Positions 38,990-47,427 of a stretch of DNA of 64,000 nucleotides are shown one piece after another (position 1 is the first letter of the stretch; the number at the start of each line of letters is the position of its first letter). Source of the stretch: an uncultured virus (IMG/VR IMGVR_UViG_3300022926_000002) (taxonomy: Duplodnaviria > Heunggongvirae > Uroviricota > Caudoviricetes); the IMG/VR virus record IMGVR_UViG_3300022926_000002, one strand, 5' to 3'. Below the pieces are notes generated by a model. It did not search any database. It saw nothing but the letters and a program-made list of their open reading frames with translations, and was not told where the DNA came from. A program made the translations under genes and the position numbers.

Positions 38990-39555
38990 ATATATTTGTC
39001 CTTGATGAAAACCCCAAAATCGCGGCACAGATGGTCTGTGATAAGCATTGCTCGAAGATGATTATTGAGTCAGGGCAAATGCTTTCTACGGCCCATAGAA
39101 TGCTTGACGGCTATATAGAACCGCGACCTTCTAAATCAGGAAAACGTATCGTAAAATATTACGTTCATCCTGACACTGAAATGGAGAATGTTCTATACAA
39201 AGCGGTACATCATTATCATCCTTGCACCGTTTGGTCGACGTTATCAAAAGCTAATTATATATGGCATTATGAGCACTTTCTAGGGCTCATAGAAGAATTC
39301 TCAGTGCGGTACAAAAAGTATCATATGACTGCGAGTAAGCTTAAAGATATCCTTGCTAGTCCTCCGCAGAATATACCGGATATTGGTATAACAGAATTTC
39401 CGCAAGCAATGAATAATTTTCCTTTATGTAAGGTTGAAGGTAATCCTGTTAGTGCATATCGTAAGTATTATAGTATGACTAAACATTTTGCAAAATGGGA
39501 AAAAGGTCGTGAAGCGCCATCGTGGTGGCAAGGATTTATAGGATACCCAGCGTGA
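38986..39555 (+). CDS. pyrimidine-dimer DNA glycosylase (DenV-like) family protein
   Basis: MNIFVLD.NP..AA..CDKH..KM..ES.QMLSTAH, HPCTVW, AYRKYY. Confidence 0.75.
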   Translation: MNIFVLDENPKIAAQMVCDKHCSKMIIESGQMLSTAHRMLDGYIEPRPSKSGKRIVKYYVHPDTEMENVLYKAVHHYHPCTVWSTLSKANYIWHYEHFLGLIEEFSVRYKKYHMTASKLKDILASPPQNIPDIGITEFPQAMNNFPLCKVEGNPVSAYRKYYSMTKHFAKWEKGREAPSWWQGFIGYPA

Positions 39556-39878
39556 GATATATTCTGTTAGATCAAGATGCTGGTATTTTTTTAGGTACAC
39601 ACCGTGTTCCTTTAGGTAACAATGAGTACGAAGGTTTTGTTATATTTTCATTAAACAATCCGTTTGGAATAACAAAGGCATATTCGTTTGATAATATAAA
39701 AGATGCTGAACTCTATATGCGGGCTTTTTTAATTAACGAATTTCCTGATATCCGTGTACTTGAAATTGAATGTCAAAACAAATACGTTGATGTTGTTGAC
39801 CTACTCAAAAACGGTCTTGATGAGTTTACCTTTGATATGATTGATAATATTCCAATGATAAATGATACAGTTCATTAA
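39552..39878 (+). CDS. hypothetical protein
   Basis: GTGA overlap. Confidence 0.55.
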   Translation: MRYILLDQDAGIFLGTHRVPLGNNEYEGFVIFSLNNPFGITKAYSFDNIKDAELYMRAFLINEFPDIRVLEIECQNKYVDVVDLLKNGLDEFTFDMIDNIPMINDTVH

Positions 39879-39895
39879 TTTCTTTTTAAATCAAA

Positions 39896-39931
39896 TTAAC
39901 TATTGACATTTGGTTTAGAATCAGTTATATT
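39896..39931 (+). promoter_or_regulatory. sigma70 early promoter with GANTC
   Basis: TTAACTA-TTGACA-N17-TATATT; GAATC at 39918. Confidence 0.78.
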
Positions 39932-39961
39932 ATTAATATAACAAATGAAAAGGAATCAGTT

Positions 39962-40291
39962 ATGACAACTCAAACTCAAAAATTTTGGAAAGAAACACCA
40001 CTTGCAAACGTAGCTTCATTAGTCGCAACTTTTCGTGGTTACGCTGCCCAGGAGGCTGATCTTGCTGATCTGTATAATTCAGACGCAGATGATTTTCATA
40101 AAGCAATTGTTCTTTTTCGTCAGTCGGACTCTGAAGGTCTTTCACAATACGTTTCAGAAATGGATACTTCTGCTCGTGAAGACTTGGTTGAAGCTTTTTG
40201 GTTTGACTGTGGTAACGATTTCGTTGAAAATGTTCTTGGTTTTTCAATGAGTAAATCTTGGATTAGAGAGAATACTCAGCAAGCTGCATAA
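39962..40291 (+). CDS. hypothetical early protein
   Basis: RBS AAGGA; 109 aa. Confidence 0.65.
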   Translation: MTTQTQKFWKETPLANVASLVATFRGYAAQEADLADLYNSDADDFHKAIVLFRQSDSEGLSQYVSEMDTSAREDLVEAFWFDCGNDFVENVLGFSMSKSWIRENTQQAA

Positions 40292-40297
40292 TAACTA

Positions 40298-40326
40298 TTG
40301 ACAAATGCTTTAGAATCAGATATATT
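40298..40326 (+). promoter_or_regulatory. sigma70 early promoter with GANTC
   Basis: TTGACA-N17-TATATT; GAATC at 40313. Confidence 0.78.
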
Positions 40327-40362
40327 AAATATATCGTAACAAACAAACTTAGGAAAAATATC

Positions 40363-41316
40363 ATGGCACACGAACTTGAAATGGTAAACGGCGAAGCACA
40401 AATGGCATATCGCAAAAGTCAAGGATTACCTTGGCACGGTCTAGGCACACCAGTTGATGATAATATGTCACCACAGGAAATGATGCAAGCCGCAGGACTT
40501 GATTGGTCAGTTGAAGAAGTAGAATGTTTTGCCCCTTGGAAAGGTGAGAATATTGCCACAGGAACAAAGGCACTTATCCGTTCAACTGATGGTAAAGTAC
40601 TAACGCAAGTCGGTAAGAATTGGAACCCAGTTCAGAATTCCGACGCATTTGATTTCTTTACTGAATTTGTATCAAACGGTGATATGCAGATGGATACTGC
40701 AGGATCACTTAAAGATGGCCAACTTGTATGGGCAATGGCAGACGTGAATGACGGTTTCTCATTGTTTAACGGTGATGAGGTAAACGGTTACTTGTTGTTT
40801 TCAAACCCACATATGTATGGTAAAGCAATTGATATTAAATTCGTAATGGAACGTGTTGTATGTAACAATACATTGGCAGTGGCGTTAAATGAAAAAGGTC
40901 AGCCATCCGTTCGCATGAACCACCGTTCAGTTTTTGATCCTGTAAAGGTTAAAGAAATTCTTGGTCTTGGTCATAACAAGGTTCAGCAATTCAAAGAAGC
41001 AGCAAACTTCTTAGGTACTCGTCGCTATACTGATGAGAAGCTTACAGAATTCTTTGGTGTTGTATTTGGCAAATCAACAAAGGAAAAAGAAATCCTTGCA
41101 CGTACAGCAAAAGAAGCAATGGCATTGGTTGAAGATCAACCAGGTGCAGATTTTGCGCCAGGCACATGGTGGAATGCTTACAATGCCGTTACTTATATGA
41201 CTGACCACAAACTAGGTCGTTCTACCGACTCACGCATGGCATCAGCATGGTTTGGTGGCAATGCAAAACGTAAAGTTGATGCACTTGATACAGCATTGGA
41301 AATGGCAAATGCTTGA
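40363..41316 (+). CDS. DUF932/DUF945 family protein
   Basis: MAHELE..PWHGLG, AGLDW.V, PVQN..AF.FF, TAGSL, RVVCNNTL, GTWW.AYNAVT. Confidence 0.88.
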   Translation: MAHELEMVNGEAQMAYRKSQGLPWHGLGTPVDDNMSPQEMMQAAGLDWSVEEVECFAPWKGENIATGTKALIRSTDGKVLTQVGKNWNPVQNSDAFDFFTEFVSNGDMQMDTAGSLKDGQLVWAMADVNDGFSLFNGDEVNGYLLFSNPHMYGKAIDIKFVMERVVCNNTLAVALNEKGQPSVRMNHRSVFDPVKVKEILGLGHNKVQQFKEAANFLGTRRYTDEKLTEFFGVVFGKSTKEKEILARTAKEAMALVEDQPGADFAPGTWWNAYNAVTYMTDHKLGRSTDSRMASAWFGGNAKRKVDALDTALEMANA

Positions 41317-41338
41317 TATTAAATCAGTTATAATTTGG

Positions 41339-41362
41339 GGAGTAGCTTGCGGGCTACTCCTT
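41339..41362 (+). terminator. intrinsic terminator-like hairpin
   Basis: GGAGTAGC-TTGCGG-GCTACTCC-TT. Confidence 0.65.
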
Positions 41363-41410
41363 ATTCTCGCTGATCCATTAATGATTATCCGACCACTATA
41401 GGAGCACTAA

Positions 41411-41779
41411 ATGAATTACTCATTATTATTTTCAGTTTGCCATCTTGTAAGTATTTCAATGTATTCTTATTTGCAAGATGAACGTTATTTAATTATCGCA
41501 GGCGCAATGCTTGTTTGGTCACTTTTTAATTTTATCAAAGTTGGTGCGTTAGTTCTATCACCACAATTTGAAATATCTCTCGATTTGAATGAAGATATTC
41601 CTTTATCTTATAAGTATTTGCTAATCTGTGCATCAGCATTATCAGCATACGCAATATGGTCTATAGGCTATAGTTTTTTCGCAGGGTTTTCTGCCGTTTA
41701 TATTATAACTGTATTTGTATCTTTAACTATCCAACTATTTGATATTGATATGACAACTACAGATGAGGATGAAGAATGA
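41411..41779 (+). CDS. membrane protein (about 4 TM helices)
   Basis: hydrophobic segments, acidic tail. Confidence 0.6.
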   Translation: MNYSLLFSVCHLVSISMYSYLQDERYLIIAGAMLVWSLFNFIKVGALVLSPQFEISLDLNEDIPLSYKYLLICASALSAYAIWSIGYSFFAGFSAVYIITVFVSLTIQLFDIDMTTTDEDEE

Positions 41780-42201
41780 AGATTTTAATATTTGGCTTGC
41801 CGGGTTCAGGTAAAACCTGGCTTGCCGAACGACTACAAAAGCGTTTGAATTGCGCTTGGTTCAATGCCGATAAAATCCGTGAAATGGCAAACGACTGGGA
41901 ATTCAGTGAAGCTGCTCGTTTACGCCAAGCTTATCGCATGAAAGGTATTGCTGATTACGAAAAAGAAATGAGACGAATGGTTATCTGTGATTTCGTTTGT
42001 CCACTTGAAGAAACAAGAGAAATCTTTGATGCCGATTATACCGTATGGATGGATACTATCCAAGAAGGTCGATTTGGTGATACTAATAAAATGTTTCAAA
42101 AACCTTCAGAGGTTAATTACCATGTAGAAAAATGGTTTGATAACACAGATGAAGGTTTAGCAGATGCTATTGAAAGACATATAAGGATTAATAATGTTTG
42201 A
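41776..42201 (+). CDS. adenylylsulfate kinase (CysC)-like P-loop kinase
   Basis: GLPGSGKT, NADKIR, FS...R.RQ..RM, DFVCP. Confidence 0.7.
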   Translation: MKILIFGLPGSGKTWLAERLQKRLNCAWFNADKIREMANDWEFSEAARLRQAYRMKGIADYEKEMRRMVICDFVCPLEETREIFDADYTVWMDTIQEGRFGDTNKMFQKPSEVNYHVEKWFDNTDEGLADAIERHIRINNV

Positions 42202-42601
42202 TTACAAGAAACCAACAGTACAGATGCTAGGTCGATGGCAACCTTGGCATGATGGTCACACCGAACTATTTAAACGTGCTCATTCAATCACAGGTCAAGT
42301 TGTTATTATGGTCCGTGACGTATTTAACTTTGACGGTGATGCAGGTGCAGGTCGTACCGCAACACAAGATGATAATCCTTTTGGTATTATTGACGTTATT
42401 AATAATATTGAAGCAGGTCTTAGACTACACGGATTTGAAAATGGTTATGAGTATTTGATTTTAGAAGTACCTAACATTGTTGATATTAGTTACGGTCGTG
42501 GTGTTGGATATACATTTACCGAACACGATTTGGGTAAAGACATCCATGACATATCAGCAACAAAAATTCGTCAACAAATGCGAAAAGAAGGAAAACTCTA
42601 A
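42194..42601 (+). CDS. HxGH-family nucleotidyltransferase
   Basis: GRWQPWHDGH, DNPF, YGRGVGY, ISATKIR. Confidence 0.75.
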   Translation: MFDYKKPTVQMLGRWQPWHDGHTELFKRAHSITGQVVIMVRDVFNFDGDAGAGRTATQDDNPFGIIDVINNIEAGLRLHGFENGYEYLILEVPNIVDISYGRGVGYTFTEHDLGKDIHDISATKIRQQMRKEGKL

Positions 42602-42945
42602 TGGAAGCCCCAGTTTTTGAAAAGGGATACCCAAGCTATGACGCGGTCAACCGTGATAGAATGGGTGATATGAAATTTACAACAGCAGGAGATATTATGG
42701 CAGCACAAGACACATATCAAGTAACAGCAGATGAAATTCGTTCTTTTATTGAACGGTTTGAGCGTCTGCAAACAGAAAAGCAAGACATTCAAGATGCTCA
42801 AAAAGAAGTGATGGTTGAGGCAAAAGGACGAGGTTATGATACTAAGGTTCTACGTAAAGTCATTGCAATTCGTAAACGTAACCGTGACGATGTAGATAAT
42901 GAGAATGCTGTAACTCAAATGTATATGGAAGCATTGGGAATGTAA
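42601..42945 (+). CDS. gapR: GapR/DUF2312 nucleoid-associated protein homologue (alternative start 42697)
   Basis: VTADEIRSFIERFERLQTEKQDI...EAKGRGYDTKVLRKVI..RK...Y.EALGM. Confidence 0.88.
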   Translation: MEAPVFEKGYPSYDAVNRDRMGDMKFTTAGDIMAAQDTYQVTADEIRSFIERFERLQTEKQDIQDAQKEVMVEAKGRGYDTKVLRKVIAIRKRNRDDVDNENAVTQMYMEALGM

Positions 42946-42968
42946 TTTACAAGTTACAATCTGGCATT

Positions 42969-42995
42969 AAAAAAGGAGGGGAAAATCCCCTCCTT
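42969..42995 (-). terminator. intrinsic terminator after the capsid gene (possibly bidirectional)
   Basis: AAGGAGGGGA-AAA-TCCCCTCCTT with A-tract on + strand. Confidence 0.85.
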
Positions 42996-43032
42996 AGTAG
43001 TATCGTTAACCGATATCTTATTATTATTGTTC

Positions 43033-44358
43033 TTAGAACAAGTTAGATACCAATACACGGCGGTAGTACAAGTTGGTGTTTGCTGTAAGAGCACCAAGAC
43101 CTTGTGAGTCGTGGTCACCTTCAGCATATGGGTTAGCAACCATACCGTAGCGAGTCTTAAACCCGATTTTTGGTTGGAAGCTGTTTTCACCAACGGCACG
43201 AACCATTTGCAACGGTACGTATGGGCAATAGAACAAGCCAGCATCAAATGCACTTGAACCTTTATAACCGACAACCAAATAGTTGCTGCCTGCATATGGG
43301 TCAATATACACTCTGTAACGACCGTTAAGAACACCGGCGAATGTGTTGCCTGTATCATCAACTGCCAAGTTGTTACCGTTAAGTGCTGGTGTGTAGTCGA
43401 GTACACCGGCCATTTGCAATGCTGATGCAACATCAGAAGAACAGATAACCATGTTACCTTTACCACGACGTGTACCTTTTGCGATTGCGTTTGCTTCTTG
43501 TTCAATTTGGAACATCAAGCCCTTGAACTTCTCAACAGACCAACGTCCGTTTGCATCAACGTCAAGATCGAATGTACCAGGAGTAGCTGTAGCTGTTGCA
43601 CCTGCTTTAGCAGTTGTGTAAATTGTACGAACTAATTCACGGTTGATTTCGACCAAGATTTCTGATTGCAGAATGTTTGCCAGCTCTGTTTCAGCATCCA
43701 AACCGTGTACGGCTTTAAGATCCTGAGCAAGTTCTGTTGTGTATTCTGCTTTCAATGCGCGTGATTTTGCAGTTACGGCAACTTTCTCGATTGAGAATGC
43801 CATTTCAGCAAATCCTGCACCTACACCGTCGCCCAATGCTTCAGCTGCTGCTGTTGTCATACCTGTACCAGTATTAGCAGTTGCAGCGGAACCAACAGTA
43901 CCCGCAGATGCGCCAGCACCTGAGAAGCCTGTTGCTGCTTCGTTGTAGAATGCTTCGTCACCAGCTTGGCTGGTGTAATGCGAACGCATTGCGAAGATCA
44001 AGCCTGTTGGGCCTGTCATAGGTTGAACACCAGCAATGTCATATGCCATCAAGTTTGGCATAGCACGGCGTACCAATGAAATCAGGATAGGATCGTAACC
44101 TGCAACAGGACCTGCTGCAGTTGCGCCTGAACTGAAACCTGCTGGTGCGGAACCTGCAGCATTGGTTGGTGCGGCTTCTGACAACAAGGAGCTCATGCCC
44201 ACTTGTGTGTCGCCTGACTCCATAAGAGCCTTTTCTGTGTTTTCAAGAATTGTAGCGGTTACGCTTTTCTTGTGCTGATCGGCGATTGGTGAAAAAGAAT
44301 CGTGCTCAAGAATTGGGCCCCACTTCTCCACAAGCGCTTGATAGTTTGACTGAGTCAT
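43033..44358 (-). CDS. gp23: major capsid protein
   Basis: GVQPMTGPTGLIFAMR, SRALKAEYTTELAQDLKAVHGLDAE, FQPKIGFKTRYG. Confidence 0.98.
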   Translation of the reverse strand: MTQSNYQALVEKWGPILEHDSFSPIADQHKKSVTATILENTEKALMESGDTQVGMSSLLSEAAPTNAAGSAPAGFSSGATAAGPVAGYDPILISLVRRAMPNLMAYDIAGVQPMTGPTGLIFAMRSHYTSQAGDEAFYNEAATGFSGAGASAGTVGSAATANTGTGMTTAAAEALGDGVGAGFAEMAFSIEKVAVTAKSRALKAEYTTELAQDLKAVHGLDAETELANILQSEILVEINRELVRTIYTTAKAGATATATPGTFDLDVDANGRWSVEKFKGLMFQIEQEANAIAKGTRRGKGNMVICSSDVASALQMAGVLDYTPALNGNNLAVDDTGNTFAGVLNGRYRVYIDPYAGSNYLVVGYKGSSAFDAGLFYCPYVPLQMVRAVGENSFQPKIGFKTRYGMVANPYAEGDHDSQGLGALTANTNLYYRRVLVSNLF

Positions 44359-44395
44359 ATCTGTCTATCTCCTTGTTTTGGTTTTCTTCTGGATA

Positions 44396-44403
44396 TATTT
44401 ATA
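44396..44403 (-). promoter_or_regulatory. T4-type late promoter (gp23)
   Basis: TATAAATA on - strand. Confidence 0.75.
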
Positions 44404-44410
44404 AAAGTTA

Positions 44411-45376
44411 TTATTTCAAATGTGTTTTAGCATTAAGAGCCTCGACGAGAGCATTAACTGTATAATAATCCGATGCAGGTTTAGCTACAACGGTATCTTC
44501 TACAATGATTTCGTCTTCCTCAACATTAGCATCTTCCGTTACGGCTTTTGCTTCTGCAAAGAATGATTCCTTAAGAGTATTAAGGTTTGCGGTGTACTCT
44601 TCGATATTATTAAAATCGAGCTTTTCAGCAAGAACCTTCATTCTTTCCTGTTGGGTCAGAGTAAGATCCTCAGTGACTTCTGCGAACACTTTTCCGGCTT
44701 GCAAAGAAGTGATCTCTTTTTGCAATGCAATGTTCTCGTCAATACGAGTATTTGCATCAGTTTTCAATCCTTCAACTTCTTCTTCAAGCTCAGCAACAAC
44801 ATCAATGGTATCTTCATTGATTGCAATGTTGTGCTCTTCAAAAAGTCCTTTCAGACCGTCCATCAACGATTCTGCCATTTCAACCTTAATGCCGGCTTCG
44901 ATAGCAACTTCGTTTTCTGTCATCCACTCTTCTACAACATAGTCGAGATAGGAATCTAGGTTTTCAACAAGGCCATTGACAGTTGAGTCAATTGAAGATT
45001 TCATTTCTTCATCAAGCTGTGTTGAATATTCTTCATTCATTTTGGCAGCTTTTGCCGCAGCACTTTCATTTACTGCTGCTTCAAATACCAAAGTTACTTT
45101 TGATTTAAACTCTTCTGAAAGATCCATGCCTTCAAACATTGCTGAGATTGATTCGTCAAGTTCAACGACTTCTTCTACAACAACTTCTGCATCAGCAGAT
45201 TCTGCATCTTCTTTCATTCCAGGTGTTACTGCTGCAATTTTTTCAGGTGTTGGATCAACCTTCTTTGCTACATCAGCCTTGTGTTTTTTTGCCGTACCGC
45301 CTTTTGGTGTAACAGGATCTTCAACTGAAGAAACACCATCGTCGGCTACAAACTTTTCTTGTAGTTCATCTGACAT
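44411..45376 (-). CDS. gp22: prohead core scaffold
   Basis: LSEEFK..VFEAAV, DSYLDYVVEEW..EN; position between gp21 and gp23. Confidence 0.9.
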   Translation of the reverse strand: MSDELQEKFVADDGVSSVEDPVTPKGGTAKKHKADVAKKVDPTPEKIAAVTPGMKEDAESADAEVVVEEVVELDESISAMFEGMDLSEEFKSKVTLVFEAAVNESAAAKAAKMNEEYSTQLDEEMKSSIDSTVNGLVENLDSYLDYVVEEWMTENEVAIEAGIKVEMAESLMDGLKGLFEEHNIAINEDTIDVVAELEEEVEGLKTDANTRIDENIALQKEITSLQAGKVFAEVTEDLTLTQQERMKVLAEKLDFNNIEEYTANLNTLKESFFAEAKAVTEDANVEEDEIIVEDTVVAKPASDYYTVNALVEALNAKTHLK

Positions 45377-45412
45377 GCTTACTACTCCTTTTGTTATATT
45401 CTTTATACCTAA

Positions 45413-45420
45413 TATTTATA
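45413..45420 (-). promoter_or_regulatory. T4-type late promoter (gp22)
   Basis: TATAAATA on - strand. Confidence 0.75.
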
Positions 45421-45424
45421 ATTT

Positions 45425-46126
45425 TCATTTTCTGAGTGATTCGATAAATTTATTCAACATAGCAGCTGCTTGTGCTTCATCAATCCGCTTGACAACTGTT
45501 TTGTATTGTGTTTCAACTTCTTGTTGAATTTCTTCAATCACTTCAGCAACCTGTTCTTGAACCTGCGCAGGCAACCAAGAAGATGAAGCAATGTCATAAA
45601 AGTATTCAACATTTTCCATAATACCATTTACGAAACAATTAGGGCCAGACGGATCGGTTACAACATCAACAGTAGCTAAATGGAAATCTGATTGAACTTC
45701 CATGATACCATCTTTTGTTGGTTTAACTGAACCAAGTCCACGTGTTGATACACCGACCTGAACTCCTTCGTCAATGAATGTCTTAACAATTTCACCCATT
45801 GGAGTACCAAGCAATTTTGCTTTACCCATAAAGTTTGAACCATCTCTCCTCATTTCAGTAATCAAATGAGATACACGGTCGCCGTTTACGGTTGGTCCAT
45901 CAGGGTGACCAAGTTCCCCAAGAGCTCGTTTGGTTTCAACAAAATCTTTATTGTATCGAACCATTTCTTTCTCAAGGATTTCGGATGGGTAACATCTACC
46001 GTTGCGATTGTTAATGTCACCTTGCATAAAGATACCTTCAATGAAGTAGGACTTTTTGCCAGTTTCTTCATTTAATTCTGTGCTCGTTGAGGCACTTTCG
46101 TTAAAAATTTCTGTAATAAGTTTCAT
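45425..46126 (-). CDS. gp21: prohead protease
   Basis: MKLITE, IEGIFMQ, ALGELGHP, GVSTRGLGS. Confidence 0.95.
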   Translation of the reverse strand: MKLITEIFNESASTSTELNEETGKKSYFIEGIFMQGDINNRNGRCYPSEILEKEMVRYNKDFVETKRALGELGHPDGPTVNGDRVSHLITEMRRDGSNFMGKAKLLGTPMGEIVKTFIDEGVQVGVSTRGLGSVKPTKDGIMEVQSDFHLATVDVVTDPSGPNCFVNGIMENVEYFYDIASSSWLPAQVQEQVAEVIEEIQQEVETQYKTVVKRIDEAQAAAMLNKFIESLRK

Positions 46127-46151
46127 ATCATTAGGTCCTTTATTTGTAATA

Positions 46152-46159
46152 TATTTATA
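46152..46159 (-). promoter_or_regulatory. T4-type late promoter (gp21)
   Basis: TATAAATA on - strand. Confidence 0.75.
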
Positions 46160-46180
46160 ATATTATTACCTTTTAATCCT

Positions 46181-47389
46181 TTATTGAAGTGCTTCTCTTG
46201 CAAATCCTACAATTTCGTCAAAACCTGCTTGATCTTTTTTCATAACGGATTCCATTTGTTTACGGTTTTTTGTATTCAAACCTTTAAACATTGAATTAAG
46301 CAATTTTGCATCTTGAGGTGAAATCCTAGTTGATTTACCGTTGTCAAATTTAAAATTACCAGATTTTACTGCTTCGTCAATCGTAGCTGCTTCATTTTTC
46401 TCCCAAGGGGCTTTTTTCAATGTGACTGCTTTTTTACCCTCTTTGGATGGCGCTGTTGCCTTATCCAATTCTTTTGCAAGTGCAGCACTTTGGCTTTCTT
46501 TAACACCACCGCCAAGAGCCTTTTTGATTAACTCATTTGCTTTAACTTTTTTGACTTCCGACATTTTATCCATGCCATGGTCATCTGTTTGTTTTGCTCT
46601 TGTTGTTCTCATAACTGTGCGAGTTTTGCCATCAGGACCAGTCATAGTTACTGGTTTTTTTGTAGCAGCTTGAGTTGTTTCCTCAAGTTCTTCGCCCATT
46701 GACATTACTTCGGCTGTTGCATAACTGTAAAGTGTTTGCATTTCTTTTGCCACACCTGCCAATTTGTTTTGAAACCATTCTTCAGGATCTGATGTTTTTG
46801 ACACATATGCCGCAATACCTTGCATTGCGTGTGACATTGAACGCAAAGCATTCATCATCATTGGCTTTTCTTCCATTGGGTTTTCAGCAAGATCAACATC
46901 TTCTTTCATAGAATTTTTATATAGATCCAATGCTTTTGCATATTTTGGATTTTTCATCATACGTTTTGATTCACCGTGATCTGGATTATCGTGTGCCATA
47001 CGGACCGTAGGCTCATCCAAGGAATGCTTTTTCATATGTTTCTTATATGCATCAAACTTCTTAGGATCGACGGTCTTGCCAAAGGATTTACTCATTGGTT
47101 TCATTGAACGTGAGATCTCATCAATTTGTTTTGCTTCTTCGCCTAACTTACGACCGCCGCCTGCATCTGAACCAGTTTTCTTGATATATGCTGAGTCATA
47201 TTTTGCATCGGTGCCATCATCGGCAGGGCGCTTTTTCATAGTTTTACCTTTGATTTCACCAGTAAAAACTGCGTCAGGTGCAACCGGGTGTTTAACTGTT
47301 TCAGCATCGTGCATATCTTTAAAGCGATTATTTTCATCGGAGCGGTTATGCTTCGATACTTCAGCTAGTTTTTGTTTAAAAGACTTCAT
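46181..47389 (-). CDS. Lys-rich putative internal head/prohead core protein
   Basis: MKSFKQ..E start; many hydrophobic-x-E sites; occupies the gp67/gp68 position. Confidence 0.6.
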   Translation of the reverse strand: MKSFKQKLAEVSKHNRSDENNRFKDMHDAETVKHPVAPDAVFTGEIKGKTMKKRPADDGTDAKYDSAYIKKTGSDAGGGRKLGEEAKQIDEISRSMKPMSKSFGKTVDPKKFDAYKKHMKKHSLDEPTVRMAHDNPDHGESKRMMKNPKYAKALDLYKNSMKEDVDLAENPMEEKPMMMNALRSMSHAMQGIAAYVSKTSDPEEWFQNKLAGVAKEMQTLYSYATAEVMSMGEELEETTQAATKKPVTMTGPDGKTRTVMRTTRAKQTDDHGMDKMSEVKKVKANELIKKALGGGVKESQSAALAKELDKATAPSKEGKKAVTLKKAPWEKNEAATIDEAVKSGNFKFDNGKSTRISPQDAKLLNSMFKGLNTKNRKQMESVMKKDQAGFDEIVGFAREALQ

Positions 47390-47427
47390 AACGCCTCTCC
47401 TAAATTGATTTAATTCTATTTATCATT

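Noticed and set aside
42954..45527. Alternative-frame and antisense ORFs over gp23 and gp22
   Set aside because: Explained by codon bias of highly expressed genes.
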